Shown one piece after another: positions 8,526 through 18,150 of a stretch of DNA of 18,150 bases. Numbering within the stretch: position 1 is the first letter of the stretch; each line of letters begins with the position of its first letter. The notes below the pieces were generated by a model. It was given only the letters and a program-made list of their open reading frames with translations. It ran no database searches and was not told the origin of the DNA. The stretch comes from a bacterium (GTDB lineage: Bacteria; Electryoneota; Electryoneia; Electryoneales; Electryoneaceae): NCBI GenBank assembly GCA_043801585.1, contig JAZDLX010000191.1, positions 1 to 18,150 of the forward strand, read 5' to 3'. Both the position numbers and the translations under genes were made by a program.

Positions 8526-9302
8526 CTACTTCCGGCGCCGAGCCGGTGTTTTCTCAGCCATTTTTCCCTTGAACGCTTCGAACAGGTCAATGGGCACGGG
8601 GAACAGTGTCGTGCTGTTGTTCTCGGCGGCGACCTCGACGAGGGTCTGGAGGTAACGCAGGGTCAGGGCCATCGGCTGGGTTGCCATCAGCGCCGCAGCT
8701 TCGGTCAGTTTCTGAGCCGCCTGGAATTCGCCCTCGGCCGCAACGATCTTCCCGCGACGGACACGATCGGCTTCCGCTTCGTAAGCCATCACCCGCTTCA
8801 GTTCCTGGGTCAGGTCAACATGCTTGATCTCAACATTGGAAACCTTCACACCCCAGGCATCGGTGTGTTCGTCGATGATTTCCGCCAGACGGGTGTTTAC
8901 TCCCGCGAGGTCATCGAGCAACATTTGCAGACTGATTTCACCAACGACAGCACGCAGTGTCGTCTGAGCGATCTGGACGGTGGCCTGGTAGAAGTTCTCC
9001 GCCTGAACAACGGCGCGGGCGGGGTCCATCACCCGGAAATAGACCACGGCGTTCACCTGAACGGAGACGTTGTCCTTGGTCAGCAGATCCTGCGGCTGGA
9101 CATCGAACACCTGGATTCGGGTGCTGATCCGCATCACCTGGTCAACGATCGGGATGATGATCACGATTCCGGGTCCTCTTACTCCCGCAAGACGGCCAAG
9201 TCGAAAAACGACGAGACGGTCATACTCCTTGACGATCTTGATCGCGGAAGCAAGGATGATCAGACCGATAATGACTACGACTGTAAACGAAAGTGTTGGC
9301 AT
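8526..9302 (-). CDS. SPFH/band-7 stomatin-like (slipin) membrane protein, 258 aa
   Basis: N-terminal transmembrane helix; IVKEYDRLVVFRLGR, GPGIVIIIPIVD, LTKDNVSVQVNAVVYFRV, AQTTLRAVVG, WGVKVSNVEIK, LRYLQTL and FPVPID motifs; strong SD AAGGAGGT before ATG 9302. Confidence 0.95.
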   Translation of the reverse strand: MPTLSFTVVVIIGLIILASAIKIVKEYDRLVVFRLGRLAGVRGPGIVIIIPIVDQVMRISTRIQVFDVQPQDLLTKDNVSVQVNAVVYFRVMDPARAVVQAENFYQATVQIAQTTLRAVVGEISLQMLLDDLAGVNTRLAEIIDEHTDAWGVKVSNVEIKHVDLTQELKRVMAYEAEADRVRRGKIVAAEGEFQAAQKLTEAAALMATQPMALTLRYLQTLVEVAAENNSTTLFPVPIDLFEAFKGKMAEKTPARRRK

Positions 9303-9599
9303 GGGGATCAACCTCCTTATTTTCAGCCAGAAATATCAGTGCAGCACTCGACCATCCTTTGGGGTGGCGGGGCACGGTTCCAACATACGAAACGGGCGTC
9401 CCCTCTGCTCCCCCTGCCTCGCGAAGAAGCGACTCTCGTCCTGACTCCCTGAGCTATTCCAACCAGCCGCTATCGAGGAACATGGAACCTCGTTGTGCGC
9501 GTTGATGTAACGGTAATACCTAGGGAAGGTGTTACCCGACTGACCTGTCTACGCCCAACGGTTCGGCTTTCACGACCTGCCACAACGGGCAATGACGGC

Positions 9600-9700
9600 A
9601 AATTATAAGGGGACACTTTACTTTTAATTTCTTGATGTGACATTTGGATTGGCATTCACGTTTGCTGAGAAACTAAAAGTAAAGTGTCCCTTCATAATTT
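9600..9700. repeat. AT-rich 101-bp element with 33-bp terminal inverted repeats (MITE/REP-like)
   Basis: AAATTATAAGGGGACACTTTACTTTTAATTTCT (9600-9632) matches the reverse complement of 9668-9700 at 30/33 positions; 35-nt spacer. Confidence 0.85.
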
Positions 9701-9717
9701 TCACAGGCACAATCAAG

Positions 9718-11064
9718 TTACGCGATGGTCTTCAACGTCCGGACATAGGCGTCCAGTTCCGCACGCGTCCGTTTCTCAGTCACGGCGACGAGAATTCCGG
9801 TCTCATCCTTCGGGAAGAACCGCCCCAATCGAATCCCGCCCAGGATTCCCAGTTCTGCCAGTTTGTCGATGGCCTCGCCTGATGGAATCGGGCTTGCAAT
9901 GACGAATTCGTTGAAAAAGGGCGCCGAATGGACCGGTTTGAATTTCGTCTCCATCGCAATCCGGTCGTGCAGGTAGTGCGCCTTGTGGTAGCAGAGGTTC
10001 GCCACCTGCATGAACCCTTCCTTCCCAATCAACGCCAGGTGGACAAGCGCCGCAAGAGCGTTCAATCCCTGATTCGTGCAAATGTTGCTCGTCGCCTTGC
10101 CACGCCGGATGTGCTGTTCGCGGGTCTGCAGGGTGAGCACGAAACCGCGCTTGCCGTCCACATCCACGGTCTGTCCGGAGAGACGGCCCGGCATCTGGCG
10201 GATCAACTCCTGTTTGACCGCGAAGATACCGAGGTAGGGTCCACCAAAGCCCATTCGGTTTCCGAGGCATTGCCCCTCGCCGGATACGATGTCCGCGCCA
10301 TATTCTCCAGGCGGGGCGACCATTCCCAGGCTCACGGGATAAACGCTGACATGCGCCAGCGCACCCGCCGTGTGGGCGGCGCTGGTCAACGCTTTCGCAT
10401 CTTCAAGAACACCGAGAAAATTGGGCTGGGAGAAGGTGAAGACCGCGGCATTGTCGTCGAGCGCTTTCGCAAGTTCACCGGCATCCGTGCGCCCGTCCGC
10501 ACCGAGAGCAACCGTCACGATTTCGATGCCGTTTGTCCGGGCGTAGGTCTCGACGACTTTCATCGAGTGGGGGTGCAGCCCTTCGCTAAGGACGACCTTT
10601 TCACGTTTCTTCGCGCTGCGGAGGGCGAGGAGGATGCCCTCCACCGTCGCGGTCGGACCGTCGTAAAGACTGGCGTTCGCAACATCCATCCCCGTGATGT
10701 CGCAGATCACCGACTGGTACTCGTAGATCGCCTGGAGTGAACCCTGGGAAACTTCCGGTTGGTAGGGTGTGTAGGCGGTGTACCATTCGCTGCGGGCCAG
10801 CATCGCCTCCACACCGGCCGGGATAAAATGGTCATAGCTGCCACCGCCGAGGAAATTGATCGCCTCGACAGCTGGGCGGTTTTTTTCGCCCAGTTCTTTC
10901 ATCCGGTGTGCCACGTCGAATTCGGAAAGTCCGTCCGGGAGATCCAGCCCGGTTTCGAGACGAACGTCGGGGGGGATCGCCTTGATCAGGTCGTCAAATT
11001 TCTCTACCCCGATGGCGCGAAGCATCTCGCCGACCTGCGCCTCGGTATGCGGCACATACGCCAT
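9718..11064 (-). CDS. gcvPA: Glycine dehydrogenase (decarboxylating) subunit 1
   Basis: 448 aa; MAYVPHT, FLGGGSYDHFIP, YTAYTPYQPEVSQGSLQAIYEYQ, NASLYDG, FGGPYLG and LTLQTREQHIRRGKATSNICTNQ motifs. Confidence 0.97.
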   Translation of the reverse strand: MAYVPHTEAQVGEMLRAIGVEKFDDLIKAIPPDVRLETGLDLPDGLSEFDVAHRMKELGEKNRPAVEAINFLGGGSYDHFIPAGVEAMLARSEWYTAYTPYQPEVSQGSLQAIYEYQSVICDITGMDVANASLYDGPTATVEGILLALRSAKKREKVVLSEGLHPHSMKVVETYARTNGIEIVTVALGADGRTDAGELAKALDDNAAVFTFSQPNFLGVLEDAKALTSAAHTAGALAHVSVYPVSLGMVAPPGEYGADIVSGEGQCLGNRMGFGGPYLGIFAVKQELIRQMPGRLSGQTVDVDGKRGFVLTLQTREQHIRRGKATSNICTNQGLNALAALVHLALIGKEGFMQVANLCYHKAHYLHDRIAMETKFKPVHSAPFFNEFVIASPIPSGEAIDKLAELGILGGIRLGRFFPKDETGILVAVTEKRTRAELDAYVRTLKTIA

Positions 11065-11076
11065 TGCAGTGCGTCC

Positions 11077-11457
11077 TCAGGAAATGTGCTGCTCGTACGC
11101 TGCGGCATCCATCAGGCTGTCAACTTCCGTGGCATCCGTAAGTGTCACCTTGATCAGCCATCCACCGCCGTACGGATCCTTGTTCACAGTTTCCGGTTCG
11201 TTTTCCAACGCTTCATTGACTTCAATCACCTCTCCCGAAAGCGGCGCATAGAGGTCCGCGACGGTCTTCACGGCTTCAATCGAGCCGAATGTGTCGCCCT
11301 GTTTGACCTTGTCGCCGACGGTGGGCAGTTCAAGGAAAACGACATCGCCCAATTCACCTTGAGCGAAATCGGTAACACCGAACGTTGCGGTTTCACCATC
11401 CACCTTGACCCACTCATGGTCTTCGGTGTACTTCAAACCCTGTAGAACATTGGCCAT
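11077..11457 (-). CDS. gcvH: Glycine cleavage system H protein, 126 aa
   Basis: LKYTEDHEWV, GVTDFAQGELGDVVFLELP, lipoyl-Lys motif IEAVKTV, VNKDPYGGGWL; SD GGGGAG before ATG 11457. Confidence 0.97.
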   Translation of the reverse strand: MANVLQGLKYTEDHEWVKVDGETATFGVTDFAQGELGDVVFLELPTVGDKVKQGDTFGSIEAVKTVADLYAPLSGEVIEVNEALENEPETVNKDPYGGGWLIKVTLTDATEVDSLMDAAAYEQHIS

Positions 11458-11470
11458 GGGATACTCCCCC

Positions 11471-12826
11471 TTACATGCCGCTCCGGGCGGCCATCCATTC
11501 GTCAAGGAAAGAGGTGGAAACCTCCCCTTTCCGGAATTGTTCGACGTTCAGCATCTCCAGATGGAAAGGTATGGTCGTCGGGATGCCCTCCACGATAAAC
11601 TCCTCGAGCGCTCTTCGGGCACGGGCGAGCGCCCGTTCACGGTCATCCCCCTTCACGATTAGCTTCGCAATCAGCGAATCGTAGTGCGGAGGAATCCGGT
11701 AACCGTCGTAAATGTGCGTATCTACACGGACCCCGATGCCACCCGGTTTGTGCAGCGCGGTGATCGTCCCGGCGGTGGGCAGGAAATTGCGATTGTGGTC
11801 TTCCGCGTTGATCCGGAATTCGATCGCATGTCCCTTGATATGAATGTCCTCCTGCTTCCAGGAGAGAGGTTCACCGGCACAGACTTGGATCTGTTCACGG
11901 ACGAGATCGGTTCCCGTAACCTCCTCGGTCACCGGGTGCTCAACCTGGATGCGCGTGTTCATCTCCATGAAGTAGAAACTGCTATCCGCTGAGAGGAGAA
12001 ATTCCATCGTCCCCGCGCCAACGTACTTGACTGCCAATGCGCCTTTGACCGCCGCACTCCCGAATATTTCGCGCAATTCCGGTGTCAGTGCGGGACTTGG
12101 CGCCTCCTCGATCAGTTTCTGGTGACGCCGTTGGACCGAGCAGTCCCGCTCGCCGAAATGGATCGCATGACCGTGGCGATCGCCCATCACCTGGATTTCG
12201 ATGTGGCGGGGGTTGATGATGAAGCGTTCGAGGTAAAGTTCCGGGTTGTTGAAAGCCTGTTCAGCTTCCGCACGAGCGAGCTCATAATTGGATTCGAGCG
12301 CTTCCGGGCTTCGAACGACTCTCATCCCCCGTCCACCGCCACCCGCGCTGGCCTTGAGGATGATCGGGTAGCCGATGTCCTTGGCAATCCTTCGCGCTTC
12401 GTTCAGGTCTGCGATCCCACCATCGCTGCCCGGTGTCACCGGGACCCCGGCGTCACGCATTGTTTTCTTTGCGAGCGCCTTGTCGCCCATGCGCCTGATG
12501 GCATCCGGACTGGGACCGATAAAGGTGATGCCGTTGTCCTCGCAGACCTCCGCGAACTCGGCGTTTTCGGCGAGAAAACCGTAGCCCGGGTGAATCGCCT
12601 CGGCGCCTGTGATTTCGGCGGCAGCGATGATACGGCGATAATCGAGGTAGCTTTTGCTGCTGGCGGGTGGACCGATGCAGACAGCCTGGTCGGCAAAGCG
12701 AACGTGCAGCGATTCGGCGTCCGCCTCCGAATAGACGGCAACAGTCTGGATACCCATCTCCTTGCATGCCCGGATGACGCGCAAGGCGATCTCCCCCCGG
12801 TTCGCAATCAGGATTTTTGAGAACAC
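11471..12826 (-). CDS. accC: Acetyl-CoA carboxylase biotin carboxylase subunit
   Basis: [50 protein letters not shown] and [16 protein letters not shown] motifs; directly after accB. Confidence 0.97.
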   Translation of the reverse strand: MFSKILIANRGEIALRVIRACKEMGIQTVAVYSEADAESLHVRFADQAVCIGPPASSKSYLDYRRIIAAAEITGAEAIHPGYGFLAENAEFAEVCEDNGITFIGPSPDAIRRMGDKALAKKTMRDAGVPVTPGSDGGIADLNEARRIAKDIGYPIILKASAGGGGRGMRVVRSPEALESNYELARAEAEQAFNNPELYLERFIINPRHIEIQVMGDRHGHAIHFGERDCSVQRRHQKLIEEAPSPALTPELREIFGSAAVKGALAVKYVGAGTMEFLLSADSSFYFMEMNTRIQVEHPVTEEVTGTDLVREQIQVCAGEPLSWKQEDIHIKGHAIEFRINAEDHNRNFLPTAGTITALHKPGGIGVRVDTHIYDGYRIPPHYDSLIAKLIVKGDDRERALARARRALEEFIVEGIPTTIPFHLEMLNVEQFRKGEVSTSFLDEWMAARSGM

Positions 12827-12829
12827 GTT

Positions 12830-13303
12830 TTATCCCTGGGGGTCGATGCGGAACATCACCTGGCCGAACTCCACCGGATCTGCATTATCCAGGAGGATCT
12901 CCTTGACAATACCGGTCATGTCCGTCTCGATTTCGTTCATCAGTTTCATCGCCTCAATAATGCAGAGGGTTTGACCGGTCTTCACCAGATCTCCCACCTG
13001 CACGTAAGGTTCAGCGTCCGGCGCAGGAGCGCGGTAGAAGGTGCCAACCATCGGCGATTTGATTTCGAAATATTTTTTCGCTGGGGCTTCCGCAGCGGGC
13101 GACGTAGCTGCCGGAACCGGGGCACTTGCCGGTGCAGCGAAAGGTGCAGCAGGTGCGGGAGCCGCGACCGTGTAGGTAGCCGCCGCGGGGGCCGGGTCCG
13201 CCTTTCGAATACGGATACGGGTGCCGTCCTTTTCGAACTCAAGCTCGTGAATGCCGCTCGATTCGACCAGTCTCACCATCTTGCGGACTTCGGTGAACTT
13301 CAT
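12830..13303 (-). CDS. accB: Acetyl-CoA carboxylase biotin carboxyl carrier protein, 157 aa (alternative start 13366)
   Basis: Ala/Pro linker, IKSPMVGTFYRAP and biotinylation motif EAMKLMNEI; strong SD GGGGGAG before ATG 13303. Confidence 0.95.
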   Translation of the reverse strand: MKFTEVRKMVRLVESSGIHELEFEKDGTRIRIRKADPAPAAATYTVAAPAPAAPFAAPASAPVPAATSPAAEAPAKKYFEIKSPMVGTFYRAPAPDAEPYVQVGDLVKTGQTLCIIEAMKLMNEIETDMTGIVKEILLDNADPVEFGQVMFRIDPQG

Positions 13304-13384
13304 GGACTCCCCCTTCCTCCGCCCCTTTGGCAATCGTTCCTTGTTCTCTTCCGGTTTGTCTGCCATGCGCCAATGTTTCCCTTC

Positions 13385-13951
13385 TCAGGAGCGGACACGC
13401 TCGAGGTACTCGCCGGAGCGTGTGTCCACCTTGATCACGTCGCCGACGTTGACGAACAACGGCACCTGAACAACCGCGCCCGTCTCGAGTGTCGCCGGCT
13501 TGGTCGCCGCACTGACACGGTCGCCCTTCTCGCCGGGTTCCGCCTCGACGATTTCCAGTTCGAGGAAGAATGGCGTTTCGACGAGCAGAGGAGTGCCCTC
13601 GCTGTAAAGAACCTTGTAATCCACACCGTCCTTGAGGTACTTCACCACGTCCTTGCCGAGCATCGACTCGTTCATATGAACCTGCTCATAGGTCTCCTGG
13701 TCCATGAACACGCGCTCGTTGCCTTCCTGGTAGAGATACTGCATCTGGCGCGCCTCAAGACGCACCTCTTCTATTTTCTCGCCGCTGCGGAAGGTGTTGT
13801 CGATCACGCGGCCCGTGATCACGTTCTTCAGTTTCGTGCGCACAAACGCGCCACCCTTGCCGGGCTTCACGTGCTGGAACTCGACAATTTGATAGAGGTC
13901 ATTGCTGTACCGGATGACCATGCTGTTGCGAAAATCGGCGGTGCTCGCCAT
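13385..13951 (-). CDS. efp: Translation elongation factor P, 188 aa
   Basis: [17 protein letters not shown] (Lys-type loop), [22 protein letters not shown] and VDTRSGEY motifs; SD GGAG before ATG 13951. Confidence 0.97.
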   Translation of the reverse strand: MASTADFRNSMVIRYSNDLYQIVEFQHVKPGKGGAFVRTKLKNVITGRVIDNTFRSGEKIEEVRLEARQMQYLYQEGNERVFMDQETYEQVHMNESMLGKDVVKYLKDGVDYKVLYSEGTPLLVETPFFLELEIVEAEPGEKGDRVSAATKPATLETGAVVQVPLFVNVGDVIKVDTRSGEYLERVRS

Positions 13952-14003
13952 CGGTGGTTCTCCATGCCCAAATTGTGAAAGGCCCTTCTGAAAGCAGGCG
14001 GAT

Positions 14004-14032
14004 AAGATACAGGGTTCTCCCCTGCGCCGCAA
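14004..14032 (-). promoter_or_regulatory. Candidate sigma70 promoter of the efp-accB-accC-gcvH-gcvPA operon
   Basis: Minus strand TTGCGG-17 nt-TATCTT, ~50 nt upstream of the efp ATG. Confidence 0.55.
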
Positions 14033-14100
14033 CCGAATCAACGCCTCGGAACTCGGTACTACGTAACACAATTTCAAGAAATTAACTTGCAGGCTAACCG

Positions 14101-17053
<2,953 letters not shown>

Positions 17054-17057
<4 letters not shown>

Positions 17058-17333
17058 GATTCAGTAGTCCCGACCTATATAAACTGCGAGATTGCTTCGC
17101 TTCGCTCGCAATGACACAATCCAGATTCTGAGACCCCGGCCTATATAAACGGTCATCCCCACGACGGCGGGAATCAATTCACTGTTGTGGCAGGTCATTA
17201 GCACAGCGGAGACCTGCCACTTCCATCCCGTCGGTTCCCCACGTCGCTACCGAACCGACGGAACATTTAATTTTCTGATTTGCCTGGAGTGCTCAATGGA
17301 AACCCGGGGGGTCAAGCCACCCGGGCCACCCGT
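17054..17333. repeat. Run of further REP-like palindromes from several families
   Basis: GTCGGA...CCCGACCTATA (17054-17079); GAGATTGCTTCGCTTCGCTCGCAATGACA (17088-17116); CCAGA...CCGGCCTATA (17121-17145); GTCATCCCCACGACGGCGGGAATC (17152-17175); GTGGCAGGTC...GACCTGCCAC (17187-17220); TCCCGTCGGTTC...GAACCGACGGAAC (17226-17264); AAACCCGGG...CCCGGGCCACCCGT (to 17333). Confidence 0.85.
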
Positions 17334-17442
17334 GTCCACTTAGCCAGGAAACTAACAGAACATCAGAGAAAACTATTTACTTTTTGCATTTCTTGATATA
17401 TTTTCCGCATTGAACTAATTGTTCACTACTTTTGGAGATCTT

Positions 17443-18015
17443 ATGAAGAAAGTGAAAGATTTCCTTAATATGGCTCTTGGATTCATAGTATTAGGAGGTT
17501 TAGGATACGGATTCTATAGCCTAACCCAAGCTTTCATTAAACTTTTAAGAAGCCTTGATCCTACATTATCAGGTGTCCTTATTACAGTCTTTGGCACAAT
17601 ACTAGCATCTACATTAACAATAGTACTTACAAGATATTACGAATACAAAAATAATGTAAAAAATGCAATTAGGGAAAAGAAAATTCCTGTATACGAAGAA
17701 TTAATAGATTTCTTGTTTGATATTCTCTTTCACGAGAAAACTCATGGAACTAAAATTGATGAGAAAGATATGATAACTAAAATGTCAGCAATAACACAGA
17801 AATTGATTATCTGGTCATCTGATGATGTACTTTCATCATATGTCTCTTGGAGAAAAATACTTTTAAAGCTTAACGAAGCCGGAGAAAATATGCATTTAGA
17901 GGTTATAGCGAATTATGGTATTTTATTAAAGAATATAAGAAAAGATCTTGGACACAAGAACAAAAATATAAAACCAGGCGATATATTATCTACCTTTATA
18001 AATGATATTAAGTGA
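17443..18015 (+). CDS. Hypothetical AT-rich membrane protein with two N-terminal transmembrane helices, 190 aa
   Basis: Long open frame in very AT-rich DNA; GGAG SD before ATG 17443; hydrophobic segments ALGFIVLGGLGYGFYSL and LSGVLITVFGTILASTLTIVL followed by a charged helical domain. Confidence 0.8.
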   Translation: MKKVKDFLNMALGFIVLGGLGYGFYSLTQAFIKLLRSLDPTLSGVLITVFGTILASTLTIVLTRYYEYKNNVKNAIREKKIPVYEELIDFLFDILFHEKTHGTKIDEKDMITKMSAITQKLIIWSSDDVLSSYVSWRKILLKLNEAGENMHLEVIANYGILLKNIRKDLGHKNKNIKPGDILSTFINDIK

Positions 18016-18066
18016 ATCAATAGTTATACTACCACTAATGATCTCTAGTGTGTTTTAATTGAAAAA

Positions 18067-18150
18067 TCACCGTATCCGCCGCGCTCCCACGTACCGTTTG
18101 CTGTAATAGGGGCTGGAGAGCTTGTCGATGGTGACACCGTCGGAGTTGCT
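18067..18150 (-). CDS. C-terminal fragment of an NlpC/P60 (C40 peptidase) family protein (5' end outside window)
   Basis: Manual translation SNSDGVTIDKLSSPYYSKRYVGARRIR-TGA matches the NlpC/P60 terminal pattern (S..GV.I..L...YY..RY.GARR); GC content returns to genome-typical level. Confidence 0.8.
   Translation of the reverse strand, partial: SNSDGVTIDKLSSPYYSKRYVGARRIR

Noticed and set aside
8526..9302. NfeD-stomatin pair
   Set aside because: No NfeD-like gene is adjacent; solitary SPFH genes are common.

Overview
Bacterial, GC-rich (roughly 60% by eye) chromosomal window, mostly encoded on the minus strand. Housekeeping core: ligA, then an efp-accB-accC-gcvH-gcvPA operon with no gcvPB after it, an SPFH/stomatin gene, an RsuA/RluB-family pseudouridine synthase and cstA. 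Further left are a DUF1761 membrane protein with an in-frame TAG, an NTF2/SnoaL-like lipoprotein, a stand-alone Smr protein, a plus-strand radical SAM enzyme and a secreted DUF3160 protein running off the left edge. The last 28 codons of an NlpC/P60 gene enter at the right edge. The most unusual content is non-coding. About six families of REP-like palindromes occupy four intergenic regions. They form a ~1.2-kb mosaic upstream of ligA that includes an imperfect tandem duplication of the ligA leader and its first codons, next to an AT-rich orphan membrane-protein gene. No transposase, tRNA, rRNA or CRISPR array was seen. Family assignments come from motif recognition, not database searches.
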